This document shows positions 1 to 43,000 of a DNA stretch of 64,000 nucleotides, in pieces. The notes under the pieces were generated by a model. It saw nothing but the letters and a program-made list of their open reading frames with translations. It was not told where the DNA came from and made no database searches. The stretch is from Paraspadella gotoi (Eukaryota > Animalia > Chaetognatha): contig CM119267.1 of the NCBI GenBank assembly GCA_051294375.1, forward strand, positions 24,319,244 through 24,383,243, written 5' to 3'. Positions within the stretch are counted from its first letter, which is position 1. Each line of letters begins with the position of its first letter. A program made the position numbers and the translations under genes.

Positions 1-52
1 TCTTTTCCATTTCTTTTCTTTTCTTTTAATCAGTTGAGTGAATGTAAGTTGC

Positions 53-91
<39 letters not shown>

Positions 92-399
92 CAGCAAACT
101 CGTAGTAACTTTCTGAGTCCCGATGTTCGAGAGTGATTGAGTCTTTGAGCCCAAGATTAAGAGAGAAAGAAAGAGAAAAAATGTGNNNNNNNNNNNNNNN
201 NNNNNNNNNNNNNNNNNNNNNNNNNNNNNNNNNNNNNNNNNNNNNNNNNNNNNNNNNNNNNNNNNNNNNNNNNNNNNNNNNNNNNNNNNNNNNNNNNNNN
301 NNNNNNNNNNNNNNNNNNNNNNNNNNNNNNNNNNNGAGAGAGAGAGAGAGAGAGAGACAACGAGACTCTTCGGTTTTAAAGTAAACTTTGTACGAAAGG

Positions 400-1145
400 A
401 AAAAAACAAAGAGACAAAGGGATAAACTGACAAAGAGTCAAACAGACGAAGATACAAACAGACAAAGATACAAAGGTACAAAGAAACAGACAAAGAGACA
501 AAGAAACAAACAGACAAAAAAACAAACAGACAAACAGACAAAGAGACAAAGAGACAAATAGACAAATAGACAAACAGACAAAGATACAAACAGACAAACA
601 GACGAAGATACAAAGGTACAATGAAACAAACAGACAAAGAGACAAAGAAACAAACAGACAAAGAAACAAACAGACAAAGAAACAAACAGACAAAGAGACA
701 AAGAAACAAAGAGACAAAGAGACAAAGAAACAAATAGATAAAGAGACAAAGATACAAACAGACAAACAGACAAAGAGACAAAGATACAAAGAGACAAAGA
801 TACAAAGAGACAAACAGACAAAGCGACAAAGAGGCCTCTGCGAGGGAGAAATGAGACTTTCTCACTTTGGACGACGACGACGACGACGACGACGATACTG
901 ACGACGACGAAGCTGACAACAATAGCTATGAAAAAGACGATGTCGATGATGACGATGACGACGACGACGACGACGACACATACTTTAAAGACGATGACGA
1001 AGATGACAATGATGACGACGGCGAGAATGACAACGATGACAACGATGACAATAACGATGATGATGATAACAACGGCGACAACGATGACGACTACGACGAT
1101 GCTGACAACGACGGCGACGACGATGACAACGACGATAACGACGAC
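400..1145. repeat. (GACAAA)-type then (GAC/GAT)n low-complexity tract
   Basis: Directly visible; similar tracts at 2630-2925 and 4060-4270. Confidence 0.9.
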
Positions 1146-3057
1146 GTTTCCCTTCACGTCCCGTCAGAGAAATTAATGTCTCCAACGCAGTCGTAATTTT
1201 CGCTCTGGATGAAGAAAGAAAATGGAAAAGGTGATTGTGGTGGTTGAGGTGGTTTAGGTGGTGGTTGTGGTGGTGATTGTGGTGGTNNNNNNNNNNNNNN
1301 NNNNNNNNNNNNNNNNNNNNNNNNNNNNNNNNNNNNNNNNNNNNNNNNNNNNNNNNNNNNNNNNNNNNNNNNNNNNNNNNNNNNNNNNNNNNNNNNNNNN
1401 NNNNNNNNNNNNNNNNNNNNNNNNNNNNNNNNNNNNNNNNNNNNNNNNNNNNNNNNNNNNNNNNNNNNNNNNNNNNNNNNNNNNNNNNNNNNNNNNNNNN
1501 NNNNNNNNNNNNNNNNNNNNNNNNNNNNNNNNNNNNNNNNNNNNNNNNNNNNNNNNNNNNNNNNNNNNNNNNNNNNNNNNNNNNNNNNNNNNNNNNNNNN
1601 NNNNNNNNNNNNNNNNNNNNNNNNNNNNNNNNNNNNNNNNNNNNNNNNNNNNNNNNNNNNNNNNNNNNNNNNNNNNNNNNNNNNNNNNNNNNNNNNNNNN
1701 NNNNNNNNNNNNNNNNNNNNNNNNNNNNNNNNNNNNNNNNNNNNNNNNNNNNNNNNNNNNNNNNNNNNNNNNNNNNNNNNNNNNNNNNNNNNNNNNNNNN
1801 NNNNNNNNNNNNNNNNNNNNNNNNNNNNNNNNNNNNNNNNNNNNNNNNNNNNNNNNNNNNNNNNNNNNNNNNNNNNNNNNNNNNNNNNNNNNNNNNNNNN
1901 NNNNNNNNNNNNNNNNNNNNNNNNNNNNNNNNNNNNNNNNNNNNNNNNNNNNNNNNNNNNNNNNNNNNNNNNNNNNNNNNNNNNNNNNNNNNNNNNNNNN
2001 NNNNNNNNNNNNNNNNNNNNNNNNNNNNNNNNNNNNNNNNNNNNNNNNNNNNNNNNNNNNNNNNNNNNNNNNNNNNNNNNNNNNNNNNNNNNNNNNNNNN
2101 NNNNNNNNNNNNNNNNNNNNNNNNNNNNNNNNNNNNNNNNNNNNNNNNNNNNNNNNNNNNNNNNNNNNNNNNNNNNNNNNNNNTGGTTGAGGTGGTTGAG
2201 GTGATTGTGGCGGTGATTGTGGTTGTTTAGTTGAGGTGGTGATTGGGTTTGTGAATGTGGTGATAGAGGTTTAATTGTGGTGATCATTTTGGTGATTGTG
2301 AAGGTTTTGGTGGAGTAATTGTGGTTGTTCTTGCGAAGGGATTCACATTTATCATCCAAGTGATTTTTTATTTGTGGTATTTGTGGTTGTGATTTGTATT
2401 TGTATTTGTGATTGTGGTTAATGATTGTGGGGAAATTGTATGTTTTCTTGTTTTATTTTAATGATTTATCGCGTTTTTGGTGATGATGAAAGTAAAAATG
2501 TACACGATATACGAATTAAAATTGTGATGCAAAAAGTCGACCGTGAGATATTTTGGTTCATCTCAAAAAGAGAAAAGGAAAATAATGAAGTTTAGAAGAA
2601 AATAAAAAAAGAATAAAAAAGAAAATTAATGAGATGACGATGACGACGACGACGATGACGACGACGAAGATTAAAAACAATGAAAACATTAGGGATAATG
2701 AGGCGACGACGACGACGACGACGACGACAACGACAGCGACGACGACGAAGATGACGACGAAGATTAAAAACAATGAAAACATTAGGAATAATGAGGCGGC
2801 GAGGATGACGACAACGGCGACGACGAAGATGATGACGACGATGACGGCGACGACGACAGCCGCGACGACGACGGCGACGACGACAAAGATGACGACAAAG
2901 ATGACGACGACGACGACGACGACTTCGCCGTTCGACAAACAAAAGTCGTAGATTTATTCTTTGGAGACGGAAATACGAGTGGTTGCTTATCCGGAAAAGA
3001 GGGGAAAGGAAATATAGATAGAGAGAGGATAGGAAAAAAATAGGAGGAAAGTGAGGA

Positions 3058-3160
3058 AAGATGGAGTGGCCAAGTAAAAGATGGAGTGGCCAAATAAAAG
3101 ATGGAGTGGCCAAATAAAAGATGGAGTGGCCAAATAAAAGATGGAGTGGCCAAGTAAAAG
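3058..3160. repeat. 20-bp minisatellite, 5 copies
   Basis: Unit AAGATGGAGTGGCCAA(A/G)TAA. Confidence 0.9.
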
Positions 3161-3297
3161 AACAAGAACGGTAATTCAAATGTGTTGCTCCGCAGTGACT
3201 TCCTTATCACGAGTATTTCTCGTGACATGACATGACGTGACATTACATGACAACAATAACTTTCTTTCTAAAGAATAAACAGCGTGGAGGAAAATTT

Positions 3298-3905
3298 GGT
3301 GTCGGTCGGTCGGTCGGTCGGTCGGTTCGTCGGTCGTCGGTCGGTCGGTCGGTCGTCGGTCGGTCGGTTCGGTCGGTCGGTCGTGGGTCCGGGTCGGTCG
3401 GTTCGGTCGGTCGGTCGGTGGTCGTGGGTGTCGGTCGGTCGGCTCGTCGTCGGTCGGTGGGTCGGTCGTGGTCCGGTCGGTCGTCGGTCGGTCGGTCGTT
3501 GGTCGGTCGGTGGTCGGTCGGTCGGTCGGTCGGTCGGTCGTCGTCGGTCGGTCGGTGGGTCCGGTCGGGTCGCTCGTCGGTCGTCGTCGGTGGTCGGTCG
3601 GTCGGTCGGGTCGGTCGGCATCGGGTCGTCGTCGGTCCGGTGGTCGTCGTCGTCGGTCGGTCGGTCGGTCGGTGGGTCGTCGGTCGTCGTCGGTCGGTCG
3701 GTCGGTCGGTCAGTCGGTTCGGTCGTCGAGTCGCGGGCGTCGGTCGGTCGGTCGGTCGGTGGGTCGGTCGGTCGGTCGCTGTTCGGTGGTCGATCGGATC
3801 GGGGTCGGTCGACGTCGGTCGGTGGTCGGTCGGTCGGTCGCGTCGTGTCGGTGGTCGGTCGGTCGGTCGGTTCGGTCCGGTCGGTTCGGGTCGGTCGGTG
3901 CGGTC
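3298..3905. repeat. Degenerate (GGTC)n/(GTC)n microsatellite
   Basis: Directly visible; source of several spurious ORFs. Confidence 0.95.
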
Positions 3906-4061
3906 TGCTCTGGTCGTTAAATTAGCCTACTTTCTTTCATTCCTTTCGCTTCTTATTGAAAAATAAAAAAAAAACTCTTTTAAGAATTTTTTTTTAATAC
4001 GCTGATGGTTTTCTTAATCATGTATAATTAGATTAATGTGATCCGGGAGTACGTAGGAAAT

Positions 4062-4134
<73 letters not shown>

Positions 4135-6196
4135 TGGTTGGAGTGTAGCGCCTGTAGCGGTGGCAGCGGTGGCAGCGGAAATAGTAGCTTTAGCTCATCA
4201 TCATCATCATAGCCGTCGTCCTCGTCGTCATCATCAGCATCATCATAATCATTATCATCATCATCATCGTCTCCTTTGTACTTCTTTCCTCAAAATAGCC
4301 TACAGTATTTCTTTCTTTTCCCTAAAATATAATCTACTTTTCTTTTTCTCAGAAATGCTCTCACTCTTCGGTCCACCTCTTGACTTTAGAGGAGGCAAAG
4401 TCCCCGGTTGCTCCATTATAGTTATCGTCTTCGTCGTCGTCGTCTTCGTCGTCGTCGTTGACGTCGTCATTGTCGTCGTCGGTAACGTTGATGATGCGGA
4501 TCATAGACGTATTCGCATGAAGCNNNNNNNNNNNNNNNNNNNNNNNNNNNNNNNNNNNNNNNNNNNNNNNNNNNNNNNNNNNNNNNNNNNNNNNNNNNNN
4601 NNNNNNNNNNNNNNNNNNNNNNNNNNNNNNNNNNNNNNNNNNNNNNNNNNNNNNNNNNNNNNNNNNNNNNNNNNNNNNNNNNNNNNNNNNNNNNNNNNNN
4701 NNNNNNNNNNNNNNNNCGATATTATCAGGGAAAAAAAATAATTACAAATCAAAATAAACTTATTTTTATTTTTATGACATTAATCTAAAAACATATGATA
4801 TGTATAATAATTTTGAGGAGACAGAAAAATCATGAGAAAATTAATTGAGAAGAAAAAAGGAGAGAGAAGAATCTCTGGGGAGAAGAAAAAGAGGAAAAGA
4901 GGAAGATGGGAGGAAAGGAGAGGAAAGAAGAGGAAAAGAGTGAGAAAAAAAGAAGTGGAGAATATAAGGATTATATATTATTATTATTTTTGTTATTTCA
5001 GGACCATTTAGCTCTCTTACAGAGAATTTAAAATTTGAAGAATTTTTAGCTCTCTCTCTTTCGGTCTCTCTATATCTCTCCATCTCCCACTATCTCTTAA
5101 AAAAAATTTTAAAAAGTAAGGAAATGAATAAGGATAAAAAGAAGTTGGGGAAAAACTGCAAATAAAGACAAATGGAAGTCAAAAAAATAAGTGAAAAAAA
5201 TTGGGAGAAAAAAAAACTCTCTCTCTTTTCCCCTTTCACTCTAAATGAAAAAGAATCACAGCTGAAGACGAAAGAATCTGCAACAAATGAAAAAAGTCCA
5301 AAAACAAGAAAGAAAAGTTGAACATAGATTAGCTTTTTTAGCGTAAAATTAAAAAGCCAAATGAAAAGTTTATAATTTTAATGACATACAGAAAGTTTTG
5401 AGGAAGGAGAGAATAATTTTATTTCATATCTTTTTACCAATAAATATATCGGTTTTTTGACATACATACTACGTAAAATAAACAAAATTGGCATCAAGAG
5501 ACGAAACTGAATTTTTGCCTCCGAATATCGATTGGATTTTATTTCTTTTTTTTTCTTTTTAGTAAATTTTGTGAACTCTATATGCTTGCCCTTTACGCGT
5601 TGTTTTCTTTTTTATCTTTCTCTCTTTCTCTCTTTCTCTCTCTCTCTCTCTCTCNNNNNNNNNNNNNNNNNNNNNNNNNNNNNNNNNNNNNNNNNNNNNN
5701 NNNNNNNNNNNNNNNNNNNNNNNNNNNNNNNNNNNNNNNCTCTCTCAGTCTCTCAATCAAATTTCGTTTCCATTTTTTTCTCAATAAAATTTGTGATGCG
5801 AAACCAAAACATCGACGACGAAAAATCAAAGAATCAAAAGTAAAAAAAAAAACAACAAATCGATTTTCTTCTTTTTCTTATTTTTTTCCTTTCCCCTTTT
5901 TCCCCTTTTCTTTTCTCTTTTCCCTTTTCCTTTTTCGATTGCCCTTTGTCCTTTCCCTTTTCATTCTCCTTTTCCCATCTTACCTTTCTTTTCCATTTCC
6001 TTTTAACTTCTCTTTCCTTTTCCCCCTTTCCCGTTTCGGTTTTCCCTTTATTTTCCCTTTTCCCTTCTTCTTTTTCTTTTCTCCCTTCTCATTCTTTTCC
6101 CTCCCAATATTTCATCATCCCTACTTTCTCCCACCCCCTCTCCACCGCCCCCCTCTCCCTCACCCTACACCCCATCTCTCCCCTCAACCCCCAGCA

Positions 6197-15989
<9,793 letters not shown>

Positions 15990-16734
15990 CGCTACAGGGA
16001 TAAACATTGTATATTTAAACATCGATAACATTGTTTATTAAACAAGCAACGTTATTAAATGAGATGTCTACCTTACTCCAAACCCCCTGATTGCTAAAAT
16101 AAAATATGAATTTAAGGCCTCGCCATGTCGTTCATCTTTATCGATTAAACTCATTAATTTTATATATTCAGTAATTTTTCTACAAGTCTAAAGTTGCTTT
16201 TCTTAATCTTTTAAATCGGCTTCCAATGTATTTTCTTCTTCTTCTCTCCCCACAATTTTTTTTTCAAAACGATTAATCGTGAATTAATCTAACCCGAATT
16301 TTTACGAATAATTAATTAATCAATTCATCTTTACTCTCTTTCATTGATAACTTGCGATTTAGCTTACTCGAAAGTTATAATTTTTTTTCCCTGTTTTATC
16401 ATTTAGCCAATAATTTAATCCAACGCATATCAATTTAAAAATTATTGTTATTTTTTACTTGAAAAAAAAAAATAAAAGAAAGACAATAACAATCGGTTAA
16501 TATAGTTAACATTTCAAGATTGAGTCAGTGAGAAATTCATGTTTATATTTTTGAGTTTGCAAAATAGAAAGATACTTGTACTTGTTATAAAACAATCCAA
16601 AACAACAATAAATATGCTAAAAAAAAAAAAAACTCTTCAGCTCCCACATGTCAGCCATGCACCCCTGCCCCTCTGCCCCCCAACTACTGCCCCGTCGAGG
16701 CCAATTTGACCTTGAGCTTGACTTTGTCCTCTAA

Positions 16735-20160
<3,426 letters not shown>

Positions 20161-21099
20161 TCTTGGAGGTTTGATTGTAAGAATGAGTTGATTGTACTAC
20201 TAAGTTGGTAAAATCTTTTACAGTTCAAGATACAAGAGTAAAACATACAGAGTTAATAAACTTAATCTAAAGAAAGATAGATATTTTAGTCGATTTCTAT
20301 TTTATTTATTAAATGAATGAATAATTTTTATATTGGTTGTACCAATTTCATACAATATGCGGTACATTGGCAATTACAATTGTAAAAATGATACATATAT
20401 TACTTAAAAAACAACAAACGACAAAAATAAGTTAAAAATCTAAACTAAAACTCACGAAATTCCAAAATGAAAAGGAAAGAAAATTCAGAATAATTTTTTT
20501 CTCAAAAGTTTAAAAAAAAACAGAGGCTCATTAAAATAATCTCAAGTAAAGGGAGTGAAGAGGCAGAGAGGGAAGAGAGAGAGAGAGAGAGAGAAGAGAG
20601 GAGGAGAGAGGAGAGAGAAGAGTGATCCTATGGAAGCGAGAAAAGTGAAGCTTATTAAGAGCGAGAGAAATCCTGATTTAAAACTTCTTTTTTTTGCGAT
20701 GCAAATTTTATTGGGAATCAACGGGTGAATCTTTATTTTTTTTACAAGTCACTCTTTCAGTTTGCGAAATCTTGCATCTAATTTTTTAAAAATGAAACTT
20801 AATTAAGTTTTAAAAAACCTTAAATGATAAAAGTCTTATGACCACAATTTCTATTTTCCCCCCAGTTTACTTTCCCAGCCCGCCTTTCCTCCTCTTCTCC
20901 CCTCCATCTCCTCCTCTCTTCTTCCCACTCTTCCTCTCCTCTCGTCTCTCCCCTATTTCACGCCCGCCCACCCACCCCTCTTCCTCTCCTCCCTACCCCA
21001 CCCTCTTCCTCAATCCCCGCCCACTTTCACGCCCCCCCCAGCCCTCCTTTCCTCTCTCCTCCCCCATTCAGCCCAATTTCACGCGTCCCCTCTCCCCAG

Positions 21100-37272
<16,173 letters not shown>

Positions 37273-38032
37273 AGTGACGAGTGTTTAGTCAAAACTTTAG
37301 ATTAATACTTTTAAGATAAGTTTCTGCTTAAAATTTCGAACAATAAATCTTTCCAATACATTATTGAACAAATTCCAATTTATTATGAACATAGACGGAA
37401 AGTAACAGGTCTTTGAATGAAATTATAAACAATTAATTATTGAATTTACAAACATTTATTTTACGACGCATTAGCATTGATGTTAATAAACTAGGAGTAA
37501 TGTGTGACTTTTTCTTCGAAAATTTTAAAGAGGAGCAAAAGAATTCATTTTTTGTTTAGGCTGTCTCTAAGAGACGCCGCTGCAACACAACAAGAAGCTT
37601 TCAAAAGTCTGAGAAAAAAACAAACAAAAGATTTTCGAAATTCCAGACTGTAGTTACAATTATAATGTAGGTAAAAAAGCCAAATGGAGTTTTATTTAAA
37701 ATAGATACCAATTACAATAAATACTTTACATTACATTACATTACTTGAGTTTTTTTCAAACCTCATTGGGTTTATATTTACATTCGCCGACCGGGATTTT
37801 GCGGTCGGTTATTTGTTTTTCGCTTCTTATGACTATGAGCGATGTATAGAAATCTCGCTACGCAAAAATAAATGACACTGTTAAGGGTAGAAAATTTTTA
37901 TATCCTAAATTTCATTTCGAAACCTCCCCTAACCCTAACTACCCCTAATCCCTAACCCTAACCACCACTAACCCAATTGCTTACCATTTAAAAAATATAA
38001 CAAAAATACTATTTATTTTATGAATTGTTTAT

Positions 38033-38251
38033 GTACGAGTTTTATTAAGAAATATAAATTTCGGACATATTCCGGCCTCAATGTAAGCCTTCATAAGCGC
38101 AAAAACGAATTGTTTTGTGAAATAAATATTTTCACAAAGTTTGACGAGGGAGTCTATAAAAATATTTGTTTCACAAATTAATTCATTTTTTCGCTGATGA
38201 AGGCTTACATTGAAGTCCGAAATTTATGTTTCTTAATAAAACTCGTTGTAC
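38033..38251. mobile_element. Inverted pair of Penelope-like terminal fragments with degenerate hammerheads
   Basis: 38033-38135 is the reverse complement of 38159-38251; both carry CT(G/T)ATGAAGGCTTACATTGA...TCCGAAA, the same family as 40388-40430. Confidence 0.6.
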
Positions 38252-40018
38252 GTCAACAAACAATTCATTTTCTACCTCAAACATAAAAATATCAATTAAA
38301 ATAAATTTAAAACAATTATTACTTATTATAAATTTTAAAAAATGTATATTACTGGGCAAACTGACTCGACGCAGGAGGGAAAACAAAATTAAATGGATTA
38401 ACAAAGCACCGACCGCTAGTACCTAAACTTGGTTGCGTACGTCGAATAGTAAAGTTACCCTCTCACTGGTTCGCTAGCTGAGACCGCTATTCATTGAATG
38501 TTTTAAAAATTAAAATATTGTTAACTACAGGGGTGGCGAGAGGGGAGGACACCCTCGCCTCAGGGGGGCCCCTGAGAAGTGAGAAAAAAAGAAGGAAAGA
38601 AAAAAAGAAAAAAAATTTTAAAAAAGAAGAAAAGAAAAAAATTTTTAAAAAAGAAGAAAAGAAAAATAAAGAAGAAGAAAAATGAATTTAGTGATTATGA
38701 AAAAAGGTTCAGTTTGTGCAGATTAGTCTAACTGATCAAATTCAGGTTAGATCATGCTTGGGGTCCCTTTAGACTTTAGGGGTCAAGTTGGGCCCCTATT
38801 TAAGTCAAATCAAGGCCCATTGGTAATGTCCCAACTGTTTCAGGATATAGTCCATTTTACTTTTAATGGGGTCACTAATTCAGTCAAGTTAGGGCCCTTC
38901 TAGAGGTAAAAAACAAACAATTTAAAACAATTTAAAAATCAATGAGGGCCCCACAATACTTTATGAGATAGTAACCAAAGCAATGATAGCATACACGATA
39001 ATCCTTTTCTTTGGGACTTGGGTTATTATTAATTTATATATTTATATTTATTATATTATATTTTATCTCTATTGCTAAATCTAATTTAGACTAGATTTAC
39101 ACTACAGGAGAGGCACAATAATGTGATTTTAAAAAAATTTTAAAAAGTTTTTAAAAAGTTTTAAATTTTAAAAAAACTTTTAACAAGTTGCAAGTCCTGG
39201 AGGCAGAAGTTTGAGCACTGGAGCAATTTTCAAGGCAGAAAATCGGTAATCGAAAACTAAAATTATGGAGAGCGGCCAGGAGGCCAGGGGAGGGGCCCGC
39301 CATTTCTCTCGTTAACTAAAAAAAATATAAGACTGAAGGGAAATGTTGGACAGTTAAAATAGGAGAGAAGAAGTGTGAGATAAGAAACAAGTAAATTTGA
39401 AAAAGTTGTTGAAAAATGTTTTTGAAGATCGTTCATAATACTTAACATTACTTTCTACCATTTAATGATTCAGTTTATAACACGTATTTATTTATTTATT
39501 TTTTTCATAGGGAACACATTCAGTTAAAAAGGAAGGACTAAAACGAAGATAAGCGATAACAGGTTTCGATCGCTCAACCTTTTTCACTTTCGAAACCGGT
39601 TTTGAAATGCTTTACCTGTTCGGAGGGAGAACGTGTCGGGAGTCGGTTTATGAAATTGGTACAACCAATATAAAAATTATCCATTCATTTAATAAATAAG
39701 CTATCTTGCCCCTGACTTTGGACAGGCTTTGGTGGTTTAAGGCCTCATCACTCTTACAAGATAATTAAAAGATAATAATTACAAGATAATGTATTTTTCA
39801 AAAGCCCTGGATCTACCTCCTTTTAAATTAAATGATAATCAAATGATAATTCAAGATTACTACGCAGCACAACAAATCTCTTTCGAATTTTATTAAAACA
39901 ATGAAGAATAAAACTATTTACGAAGGACAGTTGCCTCAGAGATATTCGTTAAGGACGGTACAATTCTTCAACTCTTTACGTATGGAAATATCGATCTCAC
40001 TCATCACTTTATTTCAAG

Positions 40019-43000
40019 ATGGCGGACGAGGAGGATTCACGAAATTCGTCTCTTGATTTCAAGATGGCGACGAGAAGGATTTACGGTCAGAAAAGAATGA
40101 AGAAACGACGACATTGTCGACGGAAATGCTCGTCAAAGGTAAGTTTAGTTCATAATCAAATAGATAATGGTAAAGTGACTGTTAGAGAATATGAAAATGA
40201 AAATAGTTTTAAAATTTATCTTAAGCGCACGGAAGCATTTAAAAATTATTTTATTACTGTATAAAGTTTAAAAAAAATTTAATACATTCTGATAGAGCTT
40301 TAAAATTTAGATAAAGGTTATTATTATAATTTTGTTTAGGAGAAAATTTTTTTTTATTTTAAACAACGAATTTATTTAGCATGAAAAATGGACATGTTTC
40401 GGCTTCAATGTAAGCCTTCATCAGCGCAAAGTGCTATCAACACAACGAAACGAAAGAACCAATACAATATAATTTCTTTAAATTTTTCTGTTTTATTGAT
40501 AAAAATTTTAAAAAACCATTAAATTCAGCCAATGATGATGATAATAATGACTTTTTAAGGTTTTTTTTATTTTTAACCAATTTATTGTCAAAATTTGAAA
40601 AAATTATAGTACTAACTTTTATTTAACTTTTCAAGCTTTACAGGAATCCGTTCTTAAAAAAAAAATTTAAAATTTTTTTTTTCCATTTGTTATATATTAA
40701 TAAAAATTTAAAAGCTTCAGTTCAACAACCCAATGAACTAATTCAAAAGGTTGCATTGAAAATCGATTATGTGGTAGAAGGAAAAAAGAAATATTTTTGA
40801 GAATCTAAAGCAAATTTCGGCCAATGTAACTTTGATGTTAATTAAAGTTTTTTGAATTCAGCTTGTGTGCATTGTTTAAAAAATTGCATCACAGGCGAAT
40901 TCCACCCCTAACTTTATGCCGATTAACTGTCCCTTATTTTTGATGCTGCAGATTGCCCCCAGGCCCCGACCCCTCCTCGGCGACCTGACTTGGACTTTCT
41001 TCGAGTCTGCCTCACCTTTATCATCATCGCGTGGCACGTCAGTTCGGTTTACTTACCCATAAGGTAATGACGGTTATTATTAATGTTCATAATAACGTCT
41101 ATAATGTTTATGTTTGTGTTTATTTCATTTTTTTTTCAGATGGTACATCCTGGATCCGTGGCGAGACTATCTTCAACGCGATTGGACAGACACAGTAAAT
41201 ATCACATAGATACCATTGACGAATTGTCAGAAAAAGAGTAGCTATTTTAGAAGATAGATGAACAGTGAACACTGCTTTTTTTCACAATTTATTCACGAGA
41301 GCGAATTATAAGACCCGAAACGGATCGAGCGCAAACGTTCTACCGAGACTATCTCTCTGACTCCGATCCTTCATCCGAACTCCACAGTCCCCAGTCCAGG
41401 GGCGTGTAGAGGGGTAGACACTGAGGCGGAACAGGTTACAAACTAACAGAAGTCCGGTATAAATATTGTTAATGTTTTTATTAAAGATTGTAAAAATTAA
41501 AAAAAATTTAAAATTTATCTTATAGTTAAATGCATGGAAGCTATTTTATATTATCCAAATACTATATAATTTTTTTTAATAAATTAAATTTTTTTTTTTA
41601 CGGATTCTGATAGAGCTTGAAAAGTTATTATTATTATTATTATATTTATTATTATTAAAGGTTATTATTACTAAAAAAAAATAAAAATTTAATGAATGAT
41701 AATGATGATTTTTTAAAGTTTTTTTAAAATTTTAATGATCATTAAAATTTTGGAAATTTGTAGTACTAACCTTTATCTAACTTTTTAATCTTTATCAGAA
41801 TCCATTTTTAAAAATTGTAATTTCTGAAAACAATTTTTAAACATTTCTTATATTTTGTTAATTATTAAAATGCTTCCATGCATGAGGAAAATTAATTTAA
41901 TCAAAATCTAACATCATAAGTAAATTTGGTTTTAAAAGGACAAAAGACTTTTATCGCAGACTTTTTAATATTGTAAAAAAATGTTAAATTCTGTTCCGCC
42001 TTAGTAGACACGCTCCACAAAGCCACAGCCTGTTCATCCTGTTCATCCTGTTCATCCATTGAGCAAAGTGGTCATGAGGCCATTGAGGGGGTGGGGAAGA
42101 GATTGAGGGGAAGGGGGAAAAAACTCTTCCGCCGGTAAAAAGTATTTCGAATTGTACTTCGACCTGCGATTGATTAATATCCGGGTTCGATCATACACTT
42201 CCCTCAGGTGGGCGATATCTGGCGCGTCTACACCCGATGGTGGACCATGCACCTCTACTTCTTCCTCTCCGGTTTCAACACTTACCTCGCGCTGTGGCGC
42301 CGAGACGAGATCGCCTTCCGTCTCGAGCGGTGCCATCGACTCGCCGTTCCGGTGCTGTTCATGCTCGGCGTCACCAACGTCGGAATCGTCGCCACATATT
42401 GGGAGGAGATCACGCCGGCTTGTCTCAAGTGGGCGTGGCTGTTAGAGTGGGGGCGGATGGGCTCGAGGGAGGGGGGAGTTAATTAAAGAGGGCCACTTAA
42501 TTATTCCGTGATTAATTAAACAAGTTTGAGCAAACAATGTCGGATCTGCCCACGATCATTATCGGTAATTAAATAATTAATAATTAATTAATTAATAATT
42601 AATTAATTAATTCAAGTTAATTGATTAATTAATTAACTTTATCTGAAATGTTTGTTTTGATTTATTAATTGACTGATTAATTAATAATTGATTGACTAAT
42701 TGATTAATTAATTGATTAATTATTTGATTAATTTATACATCTTGCATTTACATTTGCTATTAAAAGAAAAAGAGGCATTGTGGTGGTATAATCACTAGGG
42801 TGGAGTGATGAAAAGATTGAGCGATTGAACATTATTTTTTTGCTGCCTATGGATATGTGAATAATGAATTTTAAATCCTTTTAAAAATTTTTTTAGCATA
42901 AAAGTATAGTAAATTCAATTATTTATGTAATAATATCCTTATAAAATCGTTAAATTTTAAAATATTTTTATTTTATTTTTAAGAACAGATTTGGATTCGC

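Noticed and set aside
867-1196. Asp-rich ORF and overlapping ORFs
   Set aside because: (GAC/GAT)n low-complexity tract, open in several frames, with no convincing exon context.
1154-2359. Long ORFs here and at 21934-22710
   Set aside because: They run through assembly N gaps.
3247-3966. Arg/Ser/Val/Gly-rich ORFs
   Set aside because: Translations of the (GGTC)n microsatellite.
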